64,000 nt of DNA from Dokdonia sp. (GTDB lineage Bacteria > Bacteroidota > Bacteroidia > Flavobacteriales > Flavobacteriaceae). Made by a program: the position numbers and the translations under genes. The stretch covers positions 20,733 through 84,732 of the forward strand of contig JBLHML010000008.1 in assembly GCA_047622005.1 (NCBI GenBank), given 5' to 3'. Shown here piece after piece: positions 1-9,786 of the stretch (its first letter is position 1; each line of letters starts with the position of its first letter). The notes below the pieces were generated by a model. That model worked only from the letters and a program-made list of their open reading frames with translations. It was not told the origin of the DNA and did no database searches.

Positions 1-384
1 ATAAGGTGTTATAGAAAAAGGCTCTGTATACTCAAACTGTCCAATTTGTGGGTTTCCTGAACCTGTAAGTGGAACCCAGTCCTCATCACAATTTCCAACA
101 CTTAAATGTGTGGCCCCAATGATCCAGTCGCCATTGCTAGAAAAGGTAATAATTAAGTTGTCGCCATCAATATCTGTGGTCACAATTCCTGCATCATAAT
201 TTTGTCCAGCAACAAGCGTGGTCGAAAAGCAAGGCTCATCAGAAGCGACTTCTTCAACACCTATTGGGTCTTCAACGTCTATCTGTTCTTCGACGTCTAT
301 TTGGTCTTCAAGACTTTCATTCTTTGTACATGCAGAGAAAAGCAATACTGTAAACATAAGAGATAAGAGATAGTTATTTTTCAT
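1..384 (-). CDS. Hypothetical lipoprotein, runs off the window edge (3' end missing)
   Basis: My translation from ATG at 384: MKNNYLLSLMFTVLLFSACTKNESLEDQIDVEEQIDVEDPIGVEEVASDEPCFSTTLVAGQNYDAG...; lipobox-like FSAC; frame open to position 1. Confidence 0.75.
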   Translation of the reverse strand, partial: MKNNYLLSLMFTVLLFSACTKNESLEDQIDVEEQIDVEDPIGVEEVASDEPCFSTTLVAGQNYDAGIVTTDIDGDNLIITFSSNGDWIIGATHLSVGNCDEDWVPLTGSGNPQIGQFEYTEPFSITPY

Positions 385-579
385 GATAATTAGAGATTTT
401 GGGGTTCCTAAAATCTAATCTAAAATAATATAACATGAAATGCGTAATTTTTAGACAACCAACGCTTATTATTAACAAAAAATGTTTTTTTCTTACATTT
501 CTATCAATGTTGTCGATAAGAAAATTATTACTTAAGCAAAGTTCCTATCACATAATCCATTAGATAAAACATTTGATAA

Positions 580-1608
580 TTATCTTTCAAAAAACACAGT
601 AGCTTGGTCCTTTCTAACCTTTAACTCAACCATTTTTCCAAAAACCATTGCGCGATTATCTTTCTCATGTCCAGCTGGCATACCAAAGGCGATTGGAAAA
701 TCATAATCTGATAAAGCGTCTAAAATCAATTGCTCTATAGAGGTTCCCCAAGGTGTAGTATTTTTTCTCATTTTACTCATTCCACCAACTAAAACACCTA
801 CACAATTATCAAAATAACCTGCACGTTTTAAACTTTGGAGCATGCGATCAATGTGATATTTATATTCCCCAATTTCTTCTATAAACACTATTTTACCACT
901 CGTATCTATACTCTCCTTTGACCCTAACATCGTATGGAGTATTGTTAAATTCCCTCCAACTAAAGGACCACTTGCGTCTCCAACTCTATTATATGAGGAT
1001 CCATCTAATGTGTAATCAACAGGTTTTCCAAAAATCGTAGATTTAAAGGTGCCTACAGTTTCTTTTATTTCTGAAATATCTTCTGGCAAACTTACACACA
1101 TTAACGCATGTATCGATTGAAAACCTTCATTGTGAAATTGATTGTGTAATGCTGTAATATCGCTATATCCAATAAGCCATTTTGGATTATTTTTAAACTT
1201 AGTATAATCTAATTTATCCAAAATCCTAACGGTTCCATAGCCTCCTCTAGCACACCATATCGCACTAATTTTAGGGTCATCTAATGCTTTTTGAAAGTCT
1301 TCACAGCGCTCTACATCTGCACCAGCAAAGTGATTGTCTTTACTAAACACGTTCTTACCAACGACTGCATGTAAACCCCAACTTTCCAAAAGCGCTACAG
1401 CTTGATCAACTTCATCAGTTTTATTTTTTAAAATTCCTGAAGGCGCTACAATTGCTACGGTATCTCCAGCTTTAAGGTATGGTGGTTGTATCAAAACAGT
1501 TTTTTTTTGTTGAATAGGTTTATCTTGAGCGGTTACATTTCCGAAGAAAAAAGACAGGCAAAACAAGACTAATAAATAACGAATTTTCGACATACTGTAA
1601 ATGTACAA
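580..1608 (-). CDS. LD-carboxypeptidase, peptidase S66 family (likely start 1593)
   Basis: Motifs VAIVAPSG, CARGGYG, IGYSDIT (catalytic Ser), GGNLT, FIEEIGE, PAGH. Confidence 0.92.
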   Translation of the reverse strand: MYIYSMSKIRYLLVLFCLSFFFGNVTAQDKPIQQKKTVLIQPPYLKAGDTVAIVAPSGILKNKTDEVDQAVALLESWGLHAVVGKNVFSKDNHFAGADVERCEDFQKALDDPKISAIWCARGGYGTVRILDKLDYTKFKNNPKWLIGYSDITALHNQFHNEGFQSIHALMCVSLPEDISEIKETVGTFKSTIFGKPVDYTLDGSSYNRVGDASGPLVGGNLTILHTMLGSKESIDTSGKIVFIEEIGEYKYHIDRMLQSLKRAGYFDNCVGVLVGGMSKMRKNTTPWGTSIEQLILDALSDYDFPIAFGMPAGHEKDNRAMVFGKMVELKVRKDQATVFFER

Positions 1609-1648
1609 AATTTATAAATCCTCGTTTCAGTATCCCTAGCAAAATGCG

Positions 1649-1656
1649 TACTTTTG
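1649..1656 (+). promoter_or_regulatory. Bacteroidetes -7 promoter element upstream of metG
   Basis: TACTTTTG matches the TAnnTTTG consensus, about 105 nt upstream of the metG ATG. Confidence 0.55.
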
Positions 1657-1691
1657 TATCTTGTGTTTATCAATTAAGAATCGTAAGATTC

Positions 1692-1751
1692 TGTCTCCTC
1701 GAGCGCAGTCGAGAGGTTTTAAATGAGGTCTCGACTGCGCTCGACCTGACA
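1692..1751. repeat. Convergent pair of TGTC-tagged palindromic repeats (REP/REPIN-like) in the metG leader
   Basis: TGTCTCCTCGAGCGCAGTCGAGAGG (1692-1716, +) and reverse complement TGTCAGGTCGAGCGCAGTCGAGACC (1727-1751, -), 10-nt spacer; same core at 49221, 49271 and 50210. Confidence 0.85.
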
Positions 1752-1762
1752 TCTATGTTAAA

Positions 1763-3814
1763 ATGAATACTCCAAAAAGATATACGATTACTGCTGCTTT
1801 ACCATACACTAATGGCCCAATCCATATTGGACATTTAGCTGGTGTTTATGTGCCTGCAGATATTTATGCACGCTATAAAAGATTAACGGGTAATGATGTA
1901 GCTTTCATCTGCGGAAGCGATGAACATGGCGTACCTATTACTATTAAAGCTAAAATAGAAGGAGTTACACCTCAAGATATCGTCGATAAATATCACGCGA
2001 ATATTAAAAAATCGTTTGAAGACTTCGGAATAACATTTGACAACTACTCACGTACCTCTGCAAAAATTCATCATGATACTGCTCAAGAATTTTTCAAAAC
2101 CCTTAATGATAAAGGCGAATTTATAGAGGAGGTTACAGAGCAATTATATGATGCAGAAGCTAATCAGTTCTTAGCAGATCGTTTCGTGACAGGAACCTGT
2201 CCTAAATGCGGTAACGAAGAAGCTTATGGTGATCAATGTGAAAACTGTGGGTCAAGTTTAAATGCGACAGATTTGATCAATCCTAAGTCTGCAATTACAG
2301 GTAACGTACCTACTTTAAAAGAAACAAAACACTGGTTTTTACCACTAGACAAACACGAGGATTTTTTAAAAGAATGGATTTTAAAAGGTCATAAAAAAGA
2401 CTGGAAGCCCAATGTCTACGGACAAGTAAAATCATGGATTGATGATGGTTTGCGTCCAAGAGCTGTAACTCGTGATTTGGATTGGGGAATCCCTGTTCCA
2501 GCACCAGGAGGAGAAGGCAAAGTGCTTTACGTTTGGTTTGATGCACCTATTGGCTACATTTCTTCAACTAAAGAATGGGCAGCGCGAGAAGGTAAAGATT
2601 GGGAGCCCTATTGGAAAGACAAAGACACGAAGCTCGTTCACTTTATTGGTAAAGATAATATCGTATTTCACTGTATTATTTTCCCAGCAATGTTAAAAGC
2701 AGAAGGGTCCTATATTTTACCTGATAATGTGCCTGCAAATGAGTTTTTGAACTTAGAGGGCAAAAAACTATCGACCTCAAAAAATTGGGCAGTTTGGTTG
2801 CCCGATTATTTAGAAGATTTTCCAAATATGCAAGATGTCTTGCGTTATGCCCTAACCGCAAATGCTCCAGAGAGTAAGGATAATGATTTTACTTGGAAAG
2901 ATTTTCAAGCAAGAAATAATAATGAACTGGTAGCTATCTTTGGAAATTTTATAAATCGAGTCGTCGTCTTGACCAACAAATATTACGAAGGCGTCGTACC
3001 AGAAGCTTCAGAATTCTCAAACATTGATAACGAGACTTTAGCTGCTATTAAGGCCTATCCAGCAGTGATTGAAAGCTCTATTGAGCGTTACCGTTTTAGA
3101 GAAGCAAGTCAAGAGTTGATGAGTTTAGCGCGCTTAGGAAATAAATATCTAGCAGATGAAGAGCCTTGGAAATTGATCAAAACGGATGAAGTTCGCACGA
3201 AAACAATCCTATTTGTAGCGCTTCAAATCTCAAGTGCATTAGCAACTTTGTGTGAACCGTTTTTACCATTTACATCTACTAAACTAAAAGGAGTTCTAAA
3301 TGTTGATGAGAATTCTTGGTCTGACATTTCAACCAAAATAAGACTACTTCCATCAGGACATCAAATTGGAAAAGGCGAGTTATTATTTAGTAAAATAGAA
3401 GATAAAACGATAGAAGAACAATTGGAGAAATTAGAAGCTAGTAAACGAGAAAACGAAGCCGCTAAAAAAACCATAGAACCGCAGAAAGACATCATAACGT
3501 TCGAAGATTTCACGAAGCTAGATATGCGAGTTGGCACCATTCTCGAAGCAGAAAAAATGCCAAAAACCAAAAAACTACTCATATTAAAAGTAGATACAGG
3601 TATTGACGTAAGAACAATCGTTTCTGGTATTGCCGAAAGTTTCACACCAGAAGATGTTATTGGAAAACAAGTAGCTGTGTTAGTCAATTTGGCTCCAAGA
3701 GCATTGAGAGGTGTAGAAAGTGAAGGTATGATTTTAATGACCGAAACTCCTGAAGGGAAATTGGTTTTTGTAAATCCTGATACTGCAGTTGCTAACGGGT
3801 TACAGATAAGTTAA
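1763..3814 (+). CDS. metG: Methionine--tRNA ligase with C-terminal tRNA-binding OB domain
   Basis: [21 protein letters not shown] zinc knuckle, YVWFDA, KLSTSK, C-terminal DMRVG...ESEGMIL. Confidence 0.98.
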   Translation: MNTPKRYTITAALPYTNGPIHIGHLAGVYVPADIYARYKRLTGNDVAFICGSDEHGVPITIKAKIEGVTPQDIVDKYHANIKKSFEDFGITFDNYSRTSAKIHHDTAQEFFKTLNDKGEFIEEVTEQLYDAEANQFLADRFVTGTCPKCGNEEAYGDQCENCGSSLNATDLINPKSAITGNVPTLKETKHWFLPLDKHEDFLKEWILKGHKKDWKPNVYGQVKSWIDDGLRPRAVTRDLDWGIPVPAPGGEGKVLYVWFDAPIGYISSTKEWAAREGKDWEPYWKDKDTKLVHFIGKDNIVFHCIIFPAMLKAEGSYILPDNVPANEFLNLEGKKLSTSKNWAVWLPDYLEDFPNMQDVLRYALTANAPESKDNDFTWKDFQARNNNELVAIFGNFINRVVVLTNKYYEGVVPEASEFSNIDNETLAAIKAYPAVIESSIERYRFREASQELMSLARLGNKYLADEEPWKLIKTDEVRTKTILFVALQISSALATLCEPFLPFTSTKLKGVLNVDENSWSDISTKIRLLPSGHQIGKGELLFSKIEDKTIEEQLEKLEASKRENEAAKKTIEPQKDIITFEDFTKLDMRVGTILEAEKMPKTKKLLILKVDTGIDVRTIVSGIAESFTPEDVIGKQVAVLVNLAPRALRGVESEGMILMTETPEGKLVFVNPDTAVANGLQIS

Positions 3815-3848
3815 CATCTATACTAGTAGACTATAATAACTATATATG

Positions 3849-3883
3849 AAAAACCTCGTAGTGGAATACTGCGAGGTTTTTTT
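3849..3883 (+). terminator. Rho-independent terminator after metG
   Basis: AAAAACCTCGTAGT-GGAAT-ACTGCGAGGTTTTTTT hairpin plus T-tract. Confidence 0.75.
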
Positions 3884-3911
3884 CAGTATTTTCGATACTC
3901 AAAATGACTTT

Positions 3912-6032
3912 ATGATTTCCTATATAATCTCGCAAACCAAATTACCAGAATCTTCAGTAAAAAACACAGTCGATTTACTAAATCAAGACTGTACTATTCC
4001 TTTTATTTCAAGGTATAGAAAAGAAGCTACCGGAAATTTAGACGAAGTTCAAGTTGGAGATATTGTGAAATACAAAGCGCAATTTGAGGCTTTAGAAAAA
4101 CGTAAAACTACCATTTTAAAAGCCTTAGAAGACCAAGAGGTATTAACTCCAGAATTAAAAGCAAAAGTTAACGCTTGCCAAGACAGCGCAACACTTGAAG
4201 ATTTATACCTGCCTTATAAAAAAAGCAAAAAAACAAAAGCAGAAACTGCCCGCCAAAATGGATTAGAGCCGCTCGCTAAAATTATTATGTCTCAAAACAA
4301 TAGTGACCTAATATCTATAGCACAACGCTATGTAAAAGGTGCGATTTCTTCTTCAGAAAGTGCTTTAGAAGGCGCAAGACATATTATTGCAGAATGGATT
4401 AATGAACGCTCCGACATACGATCAAATCTTAGATCTCAATTAGAGCGTCATGCGATGATTTCTACTAAAGTGGTCAAATCAAAAAAGGATGATGACAATG
4501 CTCAAAAATTTAGAGATTATTTTGAATGGGAAGAAGCCTTGAGTCGTATTCCATCACACAGATTACTTGCCATTTTAAGAGCAGAAAACGAAAGCTACAT
4601 TAGAGTCAAAATTGAGATTGATAATAAACGTGCTTTAGACTATATAGATCGTAAACTGATTAAAAGTCAAAATGCATGTGCAGATCAAATTGAACTTGCC
4701 ATTTCGGATGCTTATAAACGTTTACTATTTCCGTCTTTAAGCAACGAAGCACTTCAAAAAGCAAAAGATAAAGCTGATGAGGCTGCAATCTCCATATTCG
4801 CCAAAAACTTAAAGCAATTATTGTTAGGTTCTCCATTGGGAGAAAAACGTGTTTTAGCTATAGATCCAGGTTTTAGATCTGGATGTAAAGTGGTGTGTTT
4901 GGATGAAAAAGGTGATTTAAAACACAACGAAAACATTTATCCGCATGCTCCCAAAAACGATCAAATTGGAGCCATGAAAAAAATTAGCTTTTTAACTGAA
5001 GCTCATAAAATAGAAGCCATCGCTATTGGAAACGGAACAGCATCAAGAGAAACCGAAGCTTTAGTTAGAAAAATACATTTTAATACAGACGTACAAGTTT
5101 TTGTGGTTAGTGAAGCTGGTGCTAGTATATATTCAGCCTCTAAGATTGCACGTGATGAGTTTCCTAATTATGATGTGACGGTAAGAGGCTCGGTGTCTAT
5201 TGGGAGACGTTTACAAGACCCTTTGGCAGAGTTGGTTAAAATTGATGCTAAATCTATTGGTGTTGGTCAATATCAGCATGACGTCGATCAAAGTAAACTC
5301 AATAAAGAATTAGATGTTGTTGTAGAAAATTGCGTGAATTCAGTGGGTGTTAATATTAATACTGCCAGTCATAGTTTATTAAGTTACGTTTCGGGAATTG
5401 GACCAAAATTAGCAGAAAACATAGTTAGCTATAGGAGTGACAATGGTTCGTTTACGTCAAGAAAAGATATTAAAAAAGTACCGAGACTTGGTGGTAAAGC
5501 TTTTGAGCAAGGTGCTGGTTTTTTGAGAATTAAGGACGGTAGAAACCCGTTGGATGATTCTGCTGTCCATCCTGAAAGTTATCCTATAGTTCAACAAATG
5601 GCGAAAGATGCGCGTGTTTCAATTTCCGAATTAATAGGAAATAAAGACATTCTTCAAAAGATAAATTTAAAAAACTATGTTACATCTACTGTTGGATTAC
5701 TAACCTTAGAAGATATTATTAAGGAGCTAGAAAAACCAGGTTTAGATATTAGAGAACAGGCAAAAGTGTTTGCGTTTAATCAAACTATAAAAACCATAAC
5801 CAACTTAAGAGAAGGTCAAGTATTGCCTGGTATCGTCAATAATATTACTGCATTTGGGTGTTTTGTTGATGTTGGAATTAAAGAAAGTGGTTTGATCCAT
5901 GTGTCTAATTTATCAGATAGTTTTGTGAAAGATGTCAACGAGCATGTGCATTTACATCAACAAATCATTGTAAAGGTTTTAGATATTGATATTGCTAGAA
6001 AACGAATTCAATTAAAATTACATAAGAAGTAG
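3912..6032 (+). CDS. tex: Tex-family RNA-binding transcription accessory protein
   Basis: TIPFISRYRKEATG, AIDPGFRSGCK, SEAGASIYSAS, HhH and C-terminal S1 domain; start moved to ATG 3912 because the ORF-track start (3846) lies at the metG terminator. Confidence 0.95.
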   Translation: MISYIISQTKLPESSVKNTVDLLNQDCTIPFISRYRKEATGNLDEVQVGDIVKYKAQFEALEKRKTTILKALEDQEVLTPELKAKVNACQDSATLEDLYLPYKKSKKTKAETARQNGLEPLAKIIMSQNNSDLISIAQRYVKGAISSSESALEGARHIIAEWINERSDIRSNLRSQLERHAMISTKVVKSKKDDDNAQKFRDYFEWEEALSRIPSHRLLAILRAENESYIRVKIEIDNKRALDYIDRKLIKSQNACADQIELAISDAYKRLLFPSLSNEALQKAKDKADEAAISIFAKNLKQLLLGSPLGEKRVLAIDPGFRSGCKVVCLDEKGDLKHNENIYPHAPKNDQIGAMKKISFLTEAHKIEAIAIGNGTASRETEALVRKIHFNTDVQVFVVSEAGASIYSASKIARDEFPNYDVTVRGSVSIGRRLQDPLAELVKIDAKSIGVGQYQHDVDQSKLNKELDVVVENCVNSVGVNINTASHSLLSYVSGIGPKLAENIVSYRSDNGSFTSRKDIKKVPRLGGKAFEQGAGFLRIKDGRNPLDDSAVHPESYPIVQQMAKDARVSISELIGNKDILQKINLKNYVTSTVGLLTLEDIIKELEKPGLDIREQAKVFAFNQTIKTITNLREGQVLPGIVNNITAFGCFVDVGIKESGLIHVSNLSDSFVKDVNEHVHLHQQIIVKVLDIDIARKRIQLKLHKK

Positions 6033-6180
6033 ATGCTCAAAATAACATTCTATATTATATGTAAATTTAAAATAAAAGCAAGTTTATTAACTACTCTAAA
6101 AAATTAGTGACTACATATCTAATTTTTAAGCTCTAAGATATAATTTGTATATTCACAAAATAAACCAACTTTTACTTAAT

Positions 6181-7014
6181 ATGAAAAAAACTACTTCTCA
6201 AAAACTGTCAAAACAACTTGCTAAATATAGCGCTTTAACCTTGGCCATTGCTGGAGTTGCAGATGCCAATGGGCAAATTGCTTACACAGACATAACTCCA
6301 GATTTTTCTGGTGGTGTAGGTGGAGAATATTTTTTAGACCTCGATAGCGATGGTACTAATGATTTTAAAATTTTTCATGATACTTCTTCAAGTCGCTCAG
6401 CCGCAATTTTAATTTCTCCATTAACAGCTAGTAATGACGTTTTAGGGTCGACCGGTGGAACAACATATGCTTATCCTTTTGTTTTGAACTCTGGTGATGC
6501 TATTTCAAGTGGTGGAACAACATGGAATAACAATGGTTTTTCTGCAGGCTTTCAATCTTTAAATTACGGTAGTAGTAGTTGCAGTATTGGTAATTGGTGT
6601 GATGTCACAGATGGATTTATAGGATTGCGTTTTAATATTGGAGGCAGCACACATTATGGTTGGGCTCGTTTAGATATACCAGACGATAATTCTCAAGCTT
6701 GGACTGTTAAAGATTTTGCATACAATCAAACTGCTAATACAAGTATCACTGCAGGTCAAGAGACATTAAGTTTAGAAGCTAATGTATTTAACGATGTAAG
6801 AATTGTTGCATTAAATAAAACTATTGGATTATACAATATGGCGGATAAAACAGATTATACTGTATATAGTATGACTGGCAAAAGAGTTTTAGAGGGAAAT
6901 ATTTCTAATACCACACATGTAATAGAAGCAAATACCATTGCTACTGGAGTCTATATTATTGAACTTACAGATGTAAATTCTAATGCTGTAATAAAAAAGA
7001 AAATAATATTATAG
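6181..7014 (+). CDS. Secreted protein with T9SS type A C-terminal sorting domain
   Basis: Signal-like MKKTTSQKLSKQLAKYSALTLAIAGVADANGQ; core with LDLDSDGTNDF and GFIGLRF...HYGWARL; C-terminal VYSMTGKRV...GVYII...KKIIL. Confidence 0.85.
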   Translation: MKKTTSQKLSKQLAKYSALTLAIAGVADANGQIAYTDITPDFSGGVGGEYFLDLDSDGTNDFKIFHDTSSSRSAAILISPLTASNDVLGSTGGTTYAYPFVLNSGDAISSGGTTWNNNGFSAGFQSLNYGSSSCSIGNWCDVTDGFIGLRFNIGGSTHYGWARLDIPDDNSQAWTVKDFAYNQTANTSITAGQETLSLEANVFNDVRIVALNKTIGLYNMADKTDYTVYSMTGKRVLEGNISNTTHVIEANTIATGVYIIELTDVNSNAVIKKKIIL

Positions 7015-7033
7015 TATTACTAAAACAATTAAT

Positions 7034-7067
7034 AAAAAAAGGTGTTGTAAAATCAACACCTTTTTTT
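7034..7067. terminator. Bidirectional rho-independent terminator
   Basis: A7-GGTGTTG-TAAAAT-CAACACC-T7 between convergent genes. Confidence 0.85.
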
Positions 7068-7070
7068 ATG

Positions 7071-9587
7071 CTATACTTTATTTCTATACAATGTTTTATC
7101 TACACAGCTTGCCATGGCATCAAGATCTAATTCTTGTCCTATAAAAGAGGATACTTTTGAAACAATTTTATCTGTATTACTTAATACATCTTTATAGTTA
7201 ACATAAATGAGCTCCACACCAGGTTCTTTCTTTTTCCATATTTCAACTAAATTAAGATGTTTTTTATATGATTCAAATAATCGTACTGGTAGAGTTGCGG
7301 TGTCTTTACCAATCATTTTTTGTTGAGACTTAACTACTTCATTTAAATCTCTATTCATAAAAATTACCTTATAACGGTATTTAGGGTCTAAGAATTTAAG
7401 CAATGGAGCAACAACTTTAACCGATTTATTTTGAGCTTTATCCAACCACTTATTGTCCTTATGTAAAGACATCACAGCGCCGTATTCAAAATACCCTTTA
7501 GGATTAGAAATATCTGCTTTTCGATTGGCGTCTGTTAAAACCTCAAGTCCACCTTTATGAAGCATTTGCATCATTAAAGAGGTGCCAGACCTAGGTAAGC
7601 CAGAGACTACTATAATTTGATCTTTGTAATGAATGAAACTCGTTTTATCAATAAACTCGTTTTTTAGTTCTATATTTTCAATAGCTTTCTCGGCACGATG
7701 ATGTGTTTTTGGTTTTAATCTTGCTGCTGTCTCATAAGCTTTTTTTGCATTGTCCATATCACCAAGTTTTTCAAGAGCTTCTCCAAGTGTATAGTGAGCT
7801 TCAGGGAAATATTTAACAAGTTCTATAGCTGTTAGAGCATGTTCTGCGGCCTCTTCAAAATCATCAAGGCGAATTAATGTCATAGCCAAAGCTTGATGAA
7901 ATTTCGCATTGTCAATTTCTAATTTTAAGCTTTCTTGAAAGGCGTTTTCTGCACTAACATAGTCGTTAAGCCGAAGATGTATTTTGCCTATTTGATACCA
8001 TACTTGTGCGTTAGGCTTTTTATTTTTTGCTTCTACTAGGAGTTTTAAGGCTTGATCTATTTGTCCTTTATGTATTAGAATTTTAGCTTCAGAAAAATAA
8101 GTGTTTATTTTAAATTTCTTGTCTCTTGTTCTTAATTCATTAAGGTATTCCTCTGCTTTATTGTATTCATTTTCAGAAAAACTAATTGATAGTAAATCCA
8201 TAAAATAAGGAATAAGGTCAATAGGTGGCTTTTCGTCAATTAATTCTAATAAAATAGACTTTGCTTTATTATACTCTTTTTTCCCTAAATAGACTCTCGC
8301 TAAATTATGTTTAAGATCACATTTAACTTTTAATATTGACGTTTCAATTTTTTCATCTGGACGCTCAATATAACCTAATTCTATAAGTTGCTCCATTGTT
8401 TCTTGATCATTGAGGTGGTCTTTATAATCTGAGTTTAATTGCTCGCCAAAGTCACCTTTGACACGTTCCCAACTATCTATATACTTAGGAAGTTTAACCT
8501 CTTTAAAAATGTCAAGCGCTACTTTACCATCCATGTCATTTCCGATAGGTAAATTAAACATATGCAATATCGTTGGAGCTACATCAATAAGCCCTAAGCC
8601 AAATATTTTTTCATTTTTCTTAATATTAGGACCTGCTGCCACAAACATCCCAAACTGCCTGTGTTCTAAGGATGGGGCTGCTTGATATTTTGGCATTTCT
8701 AAAATACGCTTATGATCAGATTCGTAACCATGATCTGACATCACAATAATAGTCGTGTCATCGTCGACCAATGCCATTGTGCGTTCTAACATCATATCCT
8801 GAAAACGATAGGCTCCAACAACACAATCTTTATATATATCGTATAAGTCTTTGGGAACTGGCTTTAATTTAGGAGGATGAAACTTCATAAAAGCATGGCA
8901 AAAATGATCTATAAAGTCATAATACACAGCCATAAAATCCCATTCGGTATTTCTCATTGTATATGTCGCTGCCGCATGTACTGAAGTGTTTTCAGCCATT
9001 ATCTTAGCAAATGCTCTTAAACCTTTATCATTCTTTTGGTCAACATCCTTTGCTTTAGGAATAAAAGGTAATATATGTGCTTCAGTTATTTCATGTGGGA
9101 ACACTCTTAAATCACCCATCTCTTTTATGAAAGATTCTGGATATATAGTTCCAGCAGCTATTGGGTTTTTAGCTTTGGGATCCATACTCACTTTTTGAAA
9201 ACGATCTGTTACCACAACACCATTTATCGGTTCAGCAGGAAAACTTGGCCACCAGCCTATTAAATTGCTTTTTAAACCTTGATTGTGAAAAATATTCCAA
9301 AGAGCTCTTGACTTTCTTGAATTCACAGTTACTGGATGAACACCTTTCATATCAGGCATAAGTTCCAAAAATCCAAGTACACCGTGCTTATCCGGTGTTT
9401 TTCCAGTGGCAACTGTAGACCATAACATAGGAGAATACGGAGGATTCATTGTTGCCATATTACCATAAACACCTTTATCTATGAGTTTCTTCAAAGCAGG
9501 CATCTCACCTTTCGCTAATAAAGGACCTATAATTTTCCAGTCGGCAGCATCCCAGCCTATCAAAAGCACTTTATTTTTTTTCTTCAT
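7071..9587 (-). CDS. AlkP-superfamily (nucleotide pyrophosphatase/sulfatase-like) + TPR + sulfotransferase fusion protein
   Basis: N-terminal LIGWDAADW, SPMLWSTVATG, DHFCH, VMSDHG, LIELGY; central TPR repeats; C-terminal VSGLPRSGTSLMMQML (PAPS-binding loop) and RDLNEVVKS. Confidence 0.88.
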   Translation of the reverse strand: MKKKNKVLLIGWDAADWKIIGPLLAKGEMPALKKLIDKGVYGNMATMNPPYSPMLWSTVATGKTPDKHGVLGFLELMPDMKGVHPVTVNSRKSRALWNIFHNQGLKSNLIGWWPSFPAEPINGVVVTDRFQKVSMDPKAKNPIAAGTIYPESFIKEMGDLRVFPHEITEAHILPFIPKAKDVDQKNDKGLRAFAKIMAENTSVHAAATYTMRNTEWDFMAVYYDFIDHFCHAFMKFHPPKLKPVPKDLYDIYKDCVVGAYRFQDMMLERTMALVDDDTTIIVMSDHGYESDHKRILEMPKYQAAPSLEHRQFGMFVAAGPNIKKNEKIFGLGLIDVAPTILHMFNLPIGNDMDGKVALDIFKEVKLPKYIDSWERVKGDFGEQLNSDYKDHLNDQETMEQLIELGYIERPDEKIETSILKVKCDLKHNLARVYLGKKEYNKAKSILLELIDEKPPIDLIPYFMDLLSISFSENEYNKAEEYLNELRTRDKKFKINTYFSEAKILIHKGQIDQALKLLVEAKNKKPNAQVWYQIGKIHLRLNDYVSAENAFQESLKLEIDNAKFHQALAMTLIRLDDFEEAAEHALTAIELVKYFPEAHYTLGEALEKLGDMDNAKKAYETAARLKPKTHHRAEKAIENIELKNEFIDKTSFIHYKDQIIVVSGLPRSGTSLMMQMLHKGGLEVLTDANRKADISNPKGYFEYGAVMSLHKDNKWLDKAQNKSVKVVAPLLKFLDPKYRYKVIFMNRDLNEVVKSQQKMIGKDTATLPVRLFESYKKHLNLVEIWKKKEPGVELIYVNYKDVLSNTDKIVSKVSSFIGQELDLDAMASCVDKTLYRNKV

Positions 9588-9717
9588 CTTTTCTTTTTTG
9601 CTGTGCTTCTTTTTTTACTTTTCTCCAGGCTCTTAAACCAACATCACCAAGGGCTAGTAAACCAAGAGATCCTTTTTCAGTGATCTCAATAGGCTGGTTT
9701 TTTAATTCTTTACTCAT
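9571..9717 (-). CDS. 48-aa small protein, PEP-CTERM-tail-like (GSLGLLALGDVGLRAWRKVK)
   Basis: ATG at 9717 gives MSKELKNQPIEITEKGSLGLLALGDVGLRAWRKVKKEAQQKRKDEEKK; its end overlaps the start of the downstream fusion gene by 17 nt. Confidence 0.7.
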   Translation of the reverse strand: MSKELKNQPIEITEKGSLGLLALGDVGLRAWRKVKKEAQQKRKDEEKK

Positions 9718-9786
9718 AAATTTGCTATTGATAAGCCTAAAAATAGTACAATTCTTAGACGTATATTTACATTTTTTAACATTTAA

